A DNA stretch of 64,000 bases from the IMG/VR virus record IMGVR_UViG_3300033553_000790; one strand, given 5' to 3'. The stretch's first letter is position 1. Every line of letters starts with the position of its first letter. The stretch comes from an uncultured virus (IMG/VR IMGVR_UViG_3300033553_000790). Taxonomy: Duplodnaviria; Heunggongvirae; Uroviricota; Caudoviricetes. Of the stretch, positions 28,918 through 39,187 are shown one piece after another. Both the position numbers and the translations under genes were made by a program. The notes under the pieces are model-generated. The model was not told the DNA's origin. It searched no databases and saw nothing but the letters and a program-made list of their open reading frames with translations.

Positions 28918-29640
28918 TTGTTTACCGATATTATTGTTGATATAAAAGGTTATGGTCTAATAATGAGTAAAACAAATTTAAGTAAGAAAGTTTTTAGTGG
29001 TTTAGTTATATCTGCGTTAGCTGTTTTAACTCTTGCCGGGTGTTCAAGCTCAAGTTATGATACTAATAAGGAGTATGAGCTGAGCTTCACTAGTTCTTAT
29101 CCGGTTGGTGAAGTTGGCGCTGCTTTGGGGCTTATAACCCGTAACAACGATGATCTTATAATTGAGCGAATGTTCAGCGAGGCGAAGTCTACAGTAATAG
29201 CTGATTACGCTTCAGCTAAAGTGGTTGATGGTGAAGTGAACGTGAGTATCGATATCCCAGTTAAGTTTAATAGAACAAATTATGGCGGCGACACGGTTAT
29301 TAGTCCGAGCTTACCTTTCAATTTAGGCGATAAAGGAGCTTCTTTTGTTTCGAGTTCAACCGGTGAGCAGGTGATGTTAAGGAATTATTTACCCGCAGAG
29401 GTTTTTATGAATAAGGAAGGTAACGTAACGGTTGTTGTTTTTGTGGATGAGCTCTTCGGGGAAATCATAGCTGCTGGTAACGATAGTAACCTCGGCTTCA
29501 GTTTATCTTTCCCAGGTGAGGTAGTTGATAGCTCTGTCGGCACTGTTGATGGTAACACTGTTTCTTGGGGTAATGATATGGTTGTTTCCGCTGCCACTAA
29601 AACAGAAGATGGCGCGCTTAGCGCAACCTGGTCCAACTAA
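28918..29640 (+). CDS. LppM-like lipoprotein
   Basis: LAGC lipobox; SFPGEVVDS..GTVDGNTVSW; true start probably MSKTN. Confidence 0.7.
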   Translation: MFTDIIVDIKGYGLIMSKTNLSKKVFSGLVISALAVLTLAGCSSSSYDTNKEYELSFTSSYPVGEVGAALGLITRNNDDLIIERMFSEAKSTVIADYASAKVVDGEVNVSIDIPVKFNRTNYGGDTVISPSLPFNLGDKGASFVSSSTGEQVMLRNYLPAEVFMNKEGNVTVVVFVDELFGEIIAAGNDSNLGFSLSFPGEVVDSSVGTVDGNTVSWGNDMVVSAATKTEDGALSATWSN

Positions 29641-29647
29641 TCCGTAA

Positions 29648-29923
29648 TTAAAGCTTCAAACGTATAATAACTTCTGTGTTGTTACCCGAATCGCTATTTA
29701 TAGCTCTTGTCTTCTCTGTTATCTCTTTCAGATCGGCATTCTGGTCAACCTTAAAATTGTTACCCTTTTTAGCCCAGTCCATAGCAAGGTTATAAAGATC
29801 CCCAAGTGCCTGCGCGCTGAGACGTTCGCTGTGTGAACCGGACTCCATATCTTCAACCAGTCCGTAATATGCGTTAGGGTACTGCTCATCTAGTGTAATT
29901 ACTAATGTCATTTTCTTATCCAT
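29648..29923 (-). CDS. hypothetical protein
   Basis: Start moved to MDKKM after AAGGA. Confidence 0.55.
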   Translation of the reverse strand: MDKKMTLVITLDEQYPNAYYGLVEDMESGSHSERLSAQALGDLYNLAMDWAKKGNNFKVDQNADLKEITEKTRAINSDSGNNTEVIIRLKL

Positions 29924-29954
29924 TGTTTTTTCCTTTAATGAAGTGTTGTTTATG

Positions 29955-30341
29955 CTATATAAAAAATCCTGCTTGCTGTTTACCTTTATAATCCATGTAG
30001 AAATGCTCTTCACCTTTCGCAAATTCTTTCGTGCGGACCCATTCGGATTTACTACTTATAATGAAAACATCATCTCTCCCTTCAATGTCGTCTAAAGGCA
30101 CCGAAGTGAGCTCTGCGTAATTTTCAGGTAATGAAACTTTGTCTATTACAGTGAAAAACGTTCCATTAAGGGTCTTATCGCTTAAGCTCATGGTTATAAA
30201 ATTTTTTGACGATATTTCTGTACTGTCCGGGAAAGAAGTAACATCCTCTACTTTCAATAAGAACGAAAATCCTTCTTGTTTATTCTCCCCTCTTATGATA
30301 TCCCCTTCTCTAAGTTTCAACCAGTCCGCCCCGTTTCTCAT
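29955..30341 (-). CDS. hypothetical protein, paralog family B2
   Basis: V.DVT, VSLP.NY shared with 32949..33350. Confidence 0.65.
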   Translation of the reverse strand: MRNGADWLKLREGDIIRGENKQEGFSFLLKVEDVTSFPDSTEISSKNFITMSLSDKTLNGTFFTVIDKVSLPENYAELTSVPLDDIEGRDDVFIISSKSEWVRTKEFAKGEEHFYMDYKGKQQAGFFI

Positions 30342-30524
30342 AATCTCTACTATATCTCCTCTTTCTATAAGGTTTACCGGATGTTCCTATCGGTTTTAGT
30401 TTATATGATAAGTTAAATGGTTGGAACATTTTTTGTGTCCACGTGTAAATATGAAATCATAACTGCCCCATCCCGTTAGAGCCTGAGTATCGAACATTTC
30501 CCAGAACAGGAGACATAATTCATT

Positions 30525-30779
30525 ATGAAGGTAAAAGTCACAGAGCTCGTCAAAGGTAACTTAGTTCTACTCCCATCCTGCGGAAAAGAACTCTACCACA
30601 TAGTAGTTTCCCATCGTGAGGAAAAATTTATGGGAGCGATTTCTGAACACCTGGTGCTGGAGACCGGTAAAGGTAAACGCTTCTTTAAAAGGTTAGATTC
30701 GGGATACATGCTTGAAGTAAGTGATGACAATAAAGCTCCACTATGTGTTCACCATCACCAAGAAAGTGAAAACGATTAA
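30525..30779 (+). CDS. hypothetical protein
   Basis: AGGAG RBS; CGTTAG at 30474. Confidence 0.55.
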   Translation: MKVKVTELVKGNLVLLPSCGKELYHIVVSHREEKFMGAISEHLVLETGKGKRFFKRLDSGYMLEVSDDNKAPLCVHHHQESEND

Positions 30780-30854
30780 GTACATTTATACTAACAAACA
30801 ACGTTAGTGAAAGATAACAAAAACATTAACTCAAAAAGGATGAGGCATAAGAAA

Positions 30855-31190
30855 ATGGCAACAGAACAAGAAACTCTAAAATATTTCACATGGAACGAGT
30901 CAACCATGTCGTGGTCATATTCGGGGAACAACCTTGAACATATGAAAAAAGTAGTTGTAGATGAGATGGGCGGGCAAAAATATAACTTCTGGGAAGGTAT
31001 GAACCCTAGTAACGGCGCTTACTGGGTTGAGCTTGGAGATAATGTCCAAGGACCAGGAGATGGCTCCTGGTTCGGCGCAAGCACTAAAACTTTTGAAGAA
31101 GCTTGGCGTTATGCTATAGGAACATTCTTCTTACCAGATAGTTTCAAAGAAACCAATTTTGATGATGTAACAATGGAACACGTCAAGTAA
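30855..31190 (+). CDS. hypothetical protein
   Basis: Start moved to MATEQ; CGTTAG at 30802. Confidence 0.6.
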   Translation: MATEQETLKYFTWNESTMSWSYSGNNLEHMKKVVVDEMGGQKYNFWEGMNPSNGAYWVELGDNVQGPGDGSWFGASTKTFEEAWRYAIGTFFLPDSFKETNFDDVTMEHVK

Positions 31191-31226
31191 AACTCAACCA
31201 CAAAAAGGAAAAGGTGTTAACAGCTC

Positions 31227-31760
31227 ATGAGTAAAGAAACCACTTTAGCGAAAGATCTGCTGCTAGGTAAAACAGCGAACAACGAGAAAATCGTAATTGA
31301 TGTTGTATTACGTGAGCTCAGCGGTAAAAGACAGACAACGGACCATAAAGAAGCTAACGGCGGAACTGAGCTGTCAATCATGGGCACCGTATATGACTCT
31401 AAGGTTAGTGTGGAAACTTTAAGGGCAGGGACAGCCTCACTGAACCATTTAGATAAAGCAACTGTGAGTGGCGGGCAAATATATGGGGACCTGAAAAACA
31501 TTGTAGAGCCTTTCGGGGTATCCTCTAGGGATGTCGCGCGACTTCAAGAGATATGGGAAAAATATCACCTTAACGCCGTTAAAGCCGGTTGTATACACCA
31601 GCAAAAACTACCCGAAGGTAAAGACGGGAGCTGGGGGTTAGATAATATCGCCCCATGTCCCGAAACTGGTTACAGGTGGGGCTCCGCTTGGCTTTATGAA
31701 GCGTTGCCTAGTGGCCTAGTTTCTGAACTCCAAGGCATCCTGAGTAAGGTAACTAAATAA
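31227..31760 (+). CDS. conserved phage-type hypothetical protein
   Basis: GGQI, W.KYHLN..KAGC.HQ, CP.TGYRWGSAWLYE.LP. Confidence 0.7.
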   Translation: MSKETTLAKDLLLGKTANNEKIVIDVVLRELSGKRQTTDHKEANGGTELSIMGTVYDSKVSVETLRAGTASLNHLDKATVSGGQIYGDLKNIVEPFGVSSRDVARLQEIWEKYHLNAVKAGCIHQQKLPEGKDGSWGLDNIAPCPETGYRWGSAWLYEALPSGLVSELQGILSKVTK

Positions 31761-31774
31761 TATAACCTATATTT

Positions 31775-32899
31775 TTATGACCTTGGTCTCAAATCAGCAA
31801 CCATAGGACATACAAACGGGTCTATGTTACCTTTTGATAAACCAACATCACTCAGATAGTTCATTATTATTCTATAAGATTCAAATAAGCCAACTTCAGT
31901 GAACGGCATGCCTTTTTCTTTACAGAAATCCGTAACAATGTAATGAGCCCTGTTAAGAGATGACCTTGGCATTGAGGGGAACAGGTGGTGCTCAACTTGA
32001 TAGTTAAGTCCACCCATTAGGTTGTCTTTCAGCCAGCTTGGTTTAACGTTACGAGACATGAACAGCTGCCTCTCAAAAAAGTCTATTTTAGCGTCACGTG
32101 GAGCTAAAGGCATTCCTTTGTGATTAGGTGCGAAAGCTCCCCCTATGAACAAACCAAGAGAGAACATGAAAATGATGTAAAGAAAAAGTGCTTGAATAGG
32201 GTTAAACAGGAATAGCAGAATAACTATAGGGGTAATCTGCCGTATCAGCATCAAAGAGGCTTCCAGAGCCCGTTGTTTAACATAACGTTTTTTCTTAACT
32301 AAAGATAGAAAAGAATCTGCTATAAGGTCAAACCCCGTGAGCATCAAAAGAAAAGGGAATAACGCCCCCTGATGTTTCGACAACCACTTCTCAGCACCTT
32401 TTTTCTCCGCGAGAGATTCAGCGGTAAAGGATAACACTTTTATGTTAATATCCGGGTCATAGCCAACCTGGTTGGGTTTAGCGTGATGTCTGTTGTGTTT
32501 GTTAAGCCAGAACCCATAACTCATACCTGCGAACAGGTTAGCTAAAAACGTCCCGAAGAGGATGTTAATCTTGTTAGCCTCGAACACTTGCTTATGTGCC
32601 GCTTCATGTGCTATGAAGCCGTACTGAGCCGCCATGACGCCTAACAGGGCTAACGCTGGGGCGATACTTAAAACGTTAAGCCATGAATTACTGAAGTTAA
32701 TGCCGAATATAATCACGCCCGACCATAGAATTAATGATATGAGACTTATGATTGCTGTTCGTATAAGATAGAAGCTGGGCTTTTTCTCCAGTAGCCCTTG
32801 CTCTTTTACCCTGCGAAGTATCTCACTGTAAAGGGTATGCTGTTTTTCTCCGTTGGAACCTTTTGAGGTTTCTTCAACGCCTGTTATGGTCACTGTCAT
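31775..32899 (-). CDS. membrane fatty acid (acyl-CoA) desaturase
   Basis: Three His boxes HEAAH, HNRHH, QVEHH; GGLNYQVEHHLFPSMP; TM helices. Confidence 0.93.
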   Translation of the reverse strand: MTVTITGVEETSKGSNGEKQHTLYSEILRRVKEQGLLEKKPSFYLIRTAIISLISLILWSGVIIFGINFSNSWLNVLSIAPALALLGVMAAQYGFIAHEAAHKQVFEANKINILFGTFLANLFAGMSYGFWLNKHNRHHAKPNQVGYDPDINIKVLSFTAESLAEKKGAEKWLSKHQGALFPFLLMLTGFDLIADSFLSLVKKKRYVKQRALEASLMLIRQITPIVILLFLFNPIQALFLYIIFMFSLGLFIGGAFAPNHKGMPLAPRDAKIDFFERQLFMSRNVKPSWLKDNLMGGLNYQVEHHLFPSMPRSSLNRAHYIVTDFCKEKGMPFTEVGLFESYRIIMNYLSDVGLSKGNIDPFVCPMVADLRPRS

Positions 32900-32948
32900 T
32901 TTATGCCTTATTTTACTATCTTAAAGAGTATATCGGAGCAAGCAGAAT

Positions 32949-33350
32949 CTAGCCTATGTATATGGAGATGTCGCTGCTATTTACGTTCTTAAAATAAAAC
33001 GGATGCTGATTGTTGTTGTCTGAGAGGGATTTAAAATGGTTTGTATAAGCCCAGCCTCCATTATCTGAGAAGAAATACACTTCATCACCGTTCTTCAGAT
33101 CCTGATAATCGGTTAGCTTAAGCTTGTCATAATTATGTGGAAGACTTACCCTGGATAGTAGTTCAAAACTAGTATTCGCCAAATCCTCATGTTCGAGTTT
33201 CATAGCCATGAATTTATCTACTGTTATTTCCAACTTATCATCTGAAATAGTAACATCATCTACAATAATAACTGATACTGAGCCTTGCTGAAGGTTGGTG
33301 CACTCAATGATCTGGTCTTTACGAATTTCATTCCACTCTATTTTTGACAT
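32949..33350 (-). CDS. hypothetical protein, paralog family B2
   Basis: Similar to 29955..30341. Confidence 0.65.
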   Translation of the reverse strand: MSKIEWNEIRKDQIIECTNLQQGSVSVIIVDDVTISDDKLEITVDKFMAMKLEHEDLANTSFELLSRVSLPHNYDKLKLTDYQDLKNGDEVYFFSDNGGWAYTNHFKSLSDNNNQHPFYFKNVNSSDISIYIG

Positions 33351-33355
33351 AATTT

Positions 33356-33718
33356 TCAGTCTTTCGAGATGAAGTAGGTTTGACGAGATGCGTCGGGAAG
33401 GGAATTAACGGGTTTCCCGTATCTTTTCTGTATTTCTCTGGCTTTGTTAAGAGCTGGCTTCATAATTGACCAGGGGACTATCTGCTCTTTACTCTCATCG
33501 GTTGATGAATAATCTGGTGAGCACCACAGCTCGCTTCGGTCAACATCTATTCTTACACTATGCCCATCTACCATGTCGGGTTGAAAATAGTTCAACAAAT
33601 ACCTTGTGCTACCATACTCAGTTGATTTCACTATTTTAATTTCCCAACCGCCATCGTATTTACCTTCTACTTTACGCATAGCATCTAGCAGCTCATTGAG
33701 TATTGTTTTATCTAACAT
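33356..33718 (-). CDS. hypothetical protein
   Basis: GAGGAG RBS; CTAACG at 33745. Confidence 0.6.
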   Translation of the reverse strand: MLDKTILNELLDAMRKVEGKYDGGWEIKIVKSTEYGSTRYLLNYFQPDMVDGHSVRIDVDRSELWCSPDYSSTDESKEQIVPWSIMKPALNKAREIQKRYGKPVNSLPDASRQTYFISKD

Positions 33719-33839
33719 ATTTATTATCTCCTCTTAACTAATCTCTAACGGTAACAGCACGCCAAGTTCGTTAGAGCGTTCATTGTGTAACGAGTAAAAA
33801 TTAACAAAGCTAATCAAAATAGTATATAATAAGGCCCCT

Positions 33840-34202
33840 ATGGATCAAAAAGACGAACCTATCAACCCTGTCGCACATAGTATATCTATGTGGGATGAAG
33901 ATGATGCGCACCTTTTTCATTTACACGAGAGCATAGTTAACAGAATATCAGATAATTTCGAAGCCTGGTCTTTTGTTATTCAAATAAACCTACTAAGTTT
34001 ACAATCAGAAGTTGAGACCCCCGAACAGCAGAGAATAGTGGAACGCTGGGATTTTGCTTTATCCGAGGGGATATCCGAATTAAAATGGTTAGCATTACAG
34101 ATCCATGATGAAGAGAACGAGGATAATGGGAGTTCGGTACGAAGAATGAGCCCGATGTTAGGGATTATTAGTTTCGAAGAACAACATGAAACGGAAGCTT
34201 AA
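33840..34202 (+). CDS. hypothetical protein
   Basis: ORF; VRRMSPMLGII C-terminal motif. Confidence 0.55.
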   Translation: MDQKDEPINPVAHSISMWDEDDAHLFHLHESIVNRISDNFEAWSFVIQINLLSLQSEVETPEQQRIVERWDFALSEGISELKWLALQIHDEENEDNGSSVRRMSPMLGIISFEEQHETEA

Positions 34203-35167
34203 GGTAAAGCAATTACGTTCGGTATGTCGAAATCCTCTGCCACTAACTCCAATATGTCACCTTTACGATTTTCAACATAAAGGGAGTAAGAACGCGCCTC
34301 GTCGCTTGATACTACAGGCATAAAAGCGACCACCTGACCAAAAAACCTAGGCGCTCCACCGGAAATTAACAGAACCCCAGCTAAAGAAAGATATAGAGCT
34401 CCAATAATAGTTCCCGTTACTGTAGCCGTAGCTAATGCGTTCTCCATTACACCTTGAGATATCATAAAAATTCCGCCGAACACTATCAACCAAATAACAA
34501 CAGCAACTATGAAAGCTACGAATACTGCTTTATAAGCACGATACGAAGGCCAGTACCTTACTCGCACCCCAGAATCATCAACTTTGAAAACACCAACCGA
34601 ATCTTTACGTTTAGTGCTAGCTATGCTCATCTTAGCTGAATAATTAAAATCAAATGTGTTGTTAGTCAATATTAGTCCTGATATTTTCATATCCTTAATG
34701 ACTTTTCTAATGCTTTTCAGCGTTAACTCCGACACCTCAACAGCTTCAGGGGTTTCACCATCAGCTAACTCAAAAGTAACTGAGTATCGACTAAACTCCG
34801 GTTCAACAGTTCCACCATCATCTTTGATCTTTCTAGCTTCTATGATCTTTATGATAGGTCCAGTAAAGCCAACCTTATTATGGGCAGCTCGCACCACCGT
34901 GAAAACAATAAGGAGTACAGCACCTACAGCCAGAGGAGCTCCGGATAAGACATTAAATAAACCTAAAACAAACGATAAGATACCTAACGTGAGGGAGAGC
35001 TTGTAGATATTCTGGGTTAATTTGTTGTTCTTTTTAAGCCAAGCAGTTGAGCCTTTTATATAGATAGTGGTGTATTCACCAGACAACTCCCAGGCTGAAA
35101 AGGTTTTTTTGACTTTACCTACATATTCCACGGAAGCATTACGTATGCTCAATAGTACTTTGCTCAT
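34199..35167 (-). CDS. multi-pass membrane protein
   Basis: Two pairs of TM helices. Confidence 0.65.
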   Translation of the reverse strand: MSKVLLSIRNASVEYVGKVKKTFSAWELSGEYTTIYIKGSTAWLKKNNKLTQNIYKLSLTLGILSFVLGLFNVLSGAPLAVGAVLLIVFTVVRAAHNKVGFTGPIIKIIEARKIKDDGGTVEPEFSRYSVTFELADGETPEAVEVSELTLKSIRKVIKDMKISGLILTNNTFDFNYSAKMSIASTKRKDSVGVFKVDDSGVRVRYWPSYRAYKAVFVAFIVAVVIWLIVFGGIFMISQGVMENALATATVTGTIIGALYLSLAGVLLISGGAPRFFGQVVAFMPVVSSDEARSYSLYVENRKGDILELVAEDFDIPNVIALP

Positions 35168-35311
35168 CTGTAGTCCTCATTATTTGTTATCAGTATAACC
35201 CAAATTATATCACATTTAGAAATGAAAAGATATATAAGGTTACGCTAACGATAGGTATAGGGTATAATCGTAGTTTAATGAAAACAAATAACCAGCAGAG
35301 GACACTGAGAC

Positions 35312-35548
35312 ATGGAAGAACTAGAGACACTGAATGTAAGAAGGGTCAACGGATTTGGCTCTAACCCTTTACGTTTTGAGGGCACTAAAGAAGAGATTCA
35401 GAAAGCTTTCTATGCTGGTATGGGCGAAGCAACTACGGCAGGTAACGCAATAGTTACCTACGCTGCTTTACCGGATTACAGCTACACAGCGCCTATGGAT
35501 GTTATAGAGAAAATATTTTCGGCCATGTTAACCAAAACGGAGAGTTAA
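35312..35548 (+). CDS. hypothetical protein
   Basis: GAGG RBS. Confidence 0.55.
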   Translation: MEELETLNVRRVNGFGSNPLRFEGTKEEIQKAFYAGMGEATTAGNAIVTYAALPDYSYTAPMDVIEKIFSAMLTKTES

Positions 35549-35581
35549 TTCGTTCTCTTAAAATCTTTATTGTCGGTTACC

Positions 35582-36733
35582 TTAGTAAGAGCCCCTTCTT
35601 TGCTGCTCATACCACGAGAGCTCTTTAGGTTCTTCCATGACTATCATAGGCCAAGTACGGGATTTAGCTGTTCCGCCTTTAAGGGCTGCTTGGAAATTCG
35701 CTCCGCCTTCAACTAAAATATAGTTCTTACCGTCCTTAACAACAACTCCAGCATACGGCTTGTTCTTTTTAGATAGCTTTCCACGGAAATCATATTTAAC
35801 AGAAGTAGGCGTGGACACTTGGGACGTGTCTACTTTATTCAAATCTATGTTCGATGTTGAAACTTCTGTTGCCTTCTCAAACTTATCTTTGGTACTCTGA
35901 GTAAATTTGTTAGTCTTAACAACGGATTTTATTGCCTCGACAGGGGAATTTCCTGCTGTGCTGACCCCCTTAGAGCGAACATAGGGTAAAACTTTGTTAT
36001 CATCTTCCGCGTTGTCAGTACTATAAAATATTTCATCAGTTACACTGCGCAAAGCACGATTAGGTCCAACATACCCTACCTCTTGGCCGTAATAACCTCC
36101 CATAACACCAACTTCGATGTTCTGGAAAGCCCCACCTATCTTCTGGACTTTATCAAGCCATTCTTGGGGGACGGCACTTCCGGAAGGTCGAGAGAAAACT
36201 TCTCGTAAATAATCTTCGTCCGTTATATGTTCAGCTCTAGGGTTAACTAAAACAGAATCCCTACAATAGTCATCATCATGGTATCCTCCGCTTGGGCATA
36301 CCGCCCCGTCTGTTTCGTAAGGTAAATAAGGGGTTGGTCTGTAACCCTTGAATAAATGTTCGCTTTCAGGGTCATAAGGTAAACCATCTTTCACTAAACC
36401 ATGAGGGGTCGTCTGATAAGTAGGTGCGGACTTATCGTGATCGCCAACGTCTCCCTTATCTTGAGATTTAATTTGGTCAAGTTTGCTTTGGCGTAGCTTA
36501 ATAACATTCTCTAGCTTCTGAGTCAAATCATATTTATCTTCGTAGCTTTTAGCTTCACTGATTTGCGATTTAATAAGTTGTTGACCTGCTGGGGTTAGGT
36601 AAAATTCCTCTTCGGCGTCACGCATCTCTTTATATGTATCAAAAGTAGGCTCTGCCAAATAATCAGATTTACTTTTATCCCAAGCTATTTTAGCATGACT
36701 AGAGCATCTTGGTCCTGGTTTCTTGTAGCACAT
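35582..36733 (-). CDS. hypothetical protein with N-terminal MC..GPRC tag and degenerate C-terminal ParB/Srx-like domain
   Basis: MCYKKPGPRCSSHA; HDDDYCRD; GGYYGQEV; GVVVKDGKNYILVEG. Confidence 0.65.
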   Translation of the reverse strand: MCYKKPGPRCSSHAKIAWDKSKSDYLAEPTFDTYKEMRDAEEEFYLTPAGQQLIKSQISEAKSYEDKYDLTQKLENVIKLRQSKLDQIKSQDKGDVGDHDKSAPTYQTTPHGLVKDGLPYDPESEHLFKGYRPTPYLPYETDGAVCPSGGYHDDDYCRDSVLVNPRAEHITDEDYLREVFSRPSGSAVPQEWLDKVQKIGGAFQNIEVGVMGGYYGQEVGYVGPNRALRSVTDEIFYSTDNAEDDNKVLPYVRSKGVSTAGNSPVEAIKSVVKTNKFTQSTKDKFEKATEVSTSNIDLNKVDTSQVSTPTSVKYDFRGKLSKKNKPYAGVVVKDGKNYILVEGGANFQAALKGGTAKSRTWPMIVMEEPKELSWYEQQRRGSY

Positions 36734-36783
36734 AGTTATTGTGTCTCCTCAGATCTTTTATAAGTTGTATCTAACGTTGAAAA

Positions 36784-37185
36784 CTAGTTTGACAAGACTA
36801 TGAAACGACCCGATTTCCGACCTTTAACTTCAGACATATATTTAAGCCTATGGTAACCATCAACTAACCTACGCTGCCCCCTCTGCTCAACAAGCACACC
36901 GGTAACCCATTTTCCTTTATTGAGATAACTAAGCATAGTTTTCTCATCATATATAACACATGTAGCATAATGTAACCTGTTGAAAAGCATATTTGCGAAA
37001 TCAACGTCCTGTACACTAACCTTCGTGAACTCGTCTTCTCGGTATAAAGGGTTACTATTCTCTTCGTTAAGGTGCTTAACTAAAATAGCGATACTCTCTT
37101 CTGTAGAGATTTGTTCTGCATAGCTGTAGCTGTACTCTTTATCTGTGAAATAACTCAAGATAATATTCGTGTCCTTCATGCTCAT
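36784..37185 (-). CDS. ParB/sulfiredoxin-like domain protein
   Basis: GVLV....RRLVDGYHRL. Confidence 0.7.
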   Translation of the reverse strand: MSMKDTNIILSYFTDKEYSYSYAEQISTEESIAILVKHLNEENSNPLYREDEFTKVSVQDVDFANMLFNRLHYATCVIYDEKTMLSYLNKGKWVTGVLVEQRGQRRLVDGYHRLKYMSEVKGRKSGRFIVLSN

Positions 37186-37284
37186 CTCCTTTTCCCCTAA
37201 GTCGTTCCTAGCAGCCTAGATAGCTTTGTTTCAACATAAAGTACCGTTAGAGAGGAATATGTTAAGATATAAGAGGAGTCTAAC

Positions 37285-37482
37285 ATGCTAGCTAAAGATA
37301 TTACTGAGGGAATGAATGTGATGCTCGGCGGAGTTAAACACAAAGTGTCTCATATTTTTAGGCGCAAAAATGTGGATGGTAACATTGTGATAGATATTTT
37401 CTTAACAGAGCTAGGAAATGGAAATTACACTAAAATAACTTGTGCTCCAGGCGATATAATCAAAACAGCTGACAACAATTAG
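37285..37482 (+). CDS. hypothetical protein
   Basis: GAGGAG RBS; CGTTAG at 37245. Confidence 0.6.
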   Translation: MLAKDITEGMNVMLGGVKHKVSHIFRRKNVDGNIVIDIFLTELGNGNYTKITCAPGDIIKTADNN

Positions 37483-37488
37483 GGGAAC

Positions 37489-37770
37489 ATGATCAACAAA
37501 GACTATAGTAAAAAATCATTAGAAAAAATGACTTTTCAAAAAGCTAACAAACTTCGCGCAGAAATATTACATAAATTAGGTAGGCTCCAAGGATCTGGTA
37601 AGGTTTCAAAAAGAATATCTGACGAGCCGTTAATTACGGCTAAGACAAAGGAAGAAATTATAGTTCAAGCCCTTAATCTTCAAATAGCGATATTACATAG
37701 GTTGGGCAGGACGGAAGAAGCAGAAGAAGTTAAATCCAGGTTAGAAGAGTTTTCTAAGAAGGGAAAATAA
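37489..37770 (+). CDS. small helical-repeat protein (paralog 1)
   Basis: ALNLQ..ILH.LGR.EEAEEV. Confidence 0.65.
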   Translation: MINKDYSKKSLEKMTFQKANKLRAEILHKLGRLQGSGKVSKRISDEPLITAKTKEEIIVQALNLQIAILHRLGRTEEAEEVKSRLEEFSKKGK

Positions 37771-37771
37771 T

Positions 37772-38077
37772 ATGGGTAGAGGTCATGACGAAAAGCCGTT
37801 AGAAGAAATGTCACTAAAAGAAATAGCACAAGAGGAAATAGCGGTTCAAGGAGCCCTTAATCTTCAATCAAAGATATTACATAAGTTAGGTAGATCAGAA
37901 GAAGCCGAAGAGGTCTCAAAAAGGGTGCCTCGCGCATCGTTGTTCATAGCAGACCAGAAGAAAGAAGTTCGCATTGAAGCTTTGGAAATTCAGATAAAAA
38001 CGCTTAATCGGCTAGGCAAATCAGAGGAAACAAAAGAACTAGAAGCTAAATTAGAAGAACTACGTAAGGAGAAGTAG
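37772..38077 (+). CDS. small helical-repeat protein (paralog 2)
   Basis: Two copies of AL..Q...L..LG.SEE..E. Confidence 0.65.
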   Translation: MGRGHDEKPLEEMSLKEIAQEEIAVQGALNLQSKILHKLGRSEEAEEVSKRVPRASLFIADQKKEVRIEALEIQIKTLNRLGKSEETKELEAKLEELRKEK

Positions 38078-38078
38078 A

Positions 38079-38324
38079 ATGAACATAGAAAACATCCCCG
38101 TTGGGTTAACCTTTACCCACACTGTAGCTATTGACAATGATTGGAAGCCAAACGCTTACTTAGATGAAACGTATGCCGACGCCCCTAAAGCAAAATGTGT
38201 TGTCACGGCAGTCCGAGACGGCTGGGTTTATTTCAAATATGTTAACCATTTAGGTAAAAGCCCTTTCAAAGCAAGAGATACTGAGTTTCTGGAAACTCAA
38301 GTTGGGGAAATAATCTCCGACTGA
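38079..38324 (+). CDS. hypothetical protein
   Basis: AAGGAG RBS. Confidence 0.6.
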   Translation: MNIENIPVGLTFTHTVAIDNDWKPNAYLDETYADAPKAKCVVTAVRDGWVYFKYVNHLGKSPFKARDTEFLETQVGEIISD

Positions 38325-38337
38325 AGGTGAAATAGGC

Positions 38338-38748
38338 TTATTTGAGGCCTAAAGACTTCCTTAACAAATTCACTTGGCACGGTTCACAGCTCACTATGGC
38401 CTCCCACTCCCTGTTCTCGCGTTTAACGGGATCTATACGCACAGCGGTGTTTTCCTGCGTTCCGCATATAAAACACGCCTGAGGGCTGTTTTTATGCTTT
38501 AACACAAGCTCATCGAATGCTTGCTCATATTTGAAAAGCTTAAGATAGGCTTCCGTGTGCTCGTGTGTGACTTTGTTTCTTTCGTCTTCTCTGTTGATTA
38601 TCTCCTTGAGGTCTCTAAAAGAAATATGATATCTATCGACAATCATTTCACGGGCGCGCTGTTTACGCTCACCAGCTGTACCGCCCCTCAAGGCTTTTAG
38701 CGCCATCCGGTAATTGCCATATATTTGCTGCTGCTTTTTATCATCCAT
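38338..38748 (-). CDS. hypothetical Zn-finger protein
   Basis: CFIC ... CEPC. Confidence 0.6.
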   Translation of the reverse strand: MDDKKQQQIYGNYRMALKALRGGTAGERKQRAREMIVDRYHISFRDLKEIINREDERNKVTHEHTEAYLKLFKYEQAFDELVLKHKNSPQACFICGTQENTAVRIDPVKRENREWEAIVSCEPCQVNLLRKSLGLK

Positions 38749-38828
38749 CGTTTAGCCTCGTTTTTACATGAAAAATTTATTCTATCAGTAAACAGTGTCG
38801 CTTTAGAAAACTCCTTCGGGTGTAGAAT

Positions 38829-39152
38829 TTAGCGTCTAGATGCTTTTAAGATCTGTACTAAAGCGAATGAAGACAAAATAGTGGATGCTGTTATAATGGC
38901 AGTCGCGGCAACCAGTACAACTACAACGTCAGGGTTGTTAGATACGTACTCTTTAGATTGTAGCTTAGCTTGCTTTAGTTCTCTTTTAGCTATATTCTTT
39001 TGTCTTTTGCTTGTCTTGCGTAGCTCAGCAACTGATTGCTTTCCGCTTTCCGCTAATGACAATTTTATTTCTTCAGATAATAAAGATGCTTCTTTAGCTG
39101 CTTTGTTAAGCTCTTTTTTCACAATTTTTCCTTTCATATTTAAGATACCCAT
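38829..39152 (-). CDS. coiled-coil protein with C-terminal TM anchor
   Basis: Lys/Glu-rich helix then hydrophobic segment. Confidence 0.55.
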   Translation of the reverse strand: MGILNMKGKIVKKELNKAAKEASLLSEEIKLSLAESGKQSVAELRKTSKRQKNIAKRELKQAKLQSKEYVSNNPDVVVVLVAATAIITASTILSSFALVQILKASRR

Positions 39153-39187
39153 TCGTGAGTACTCTCTAAAATAGATTATCGGTAAAG

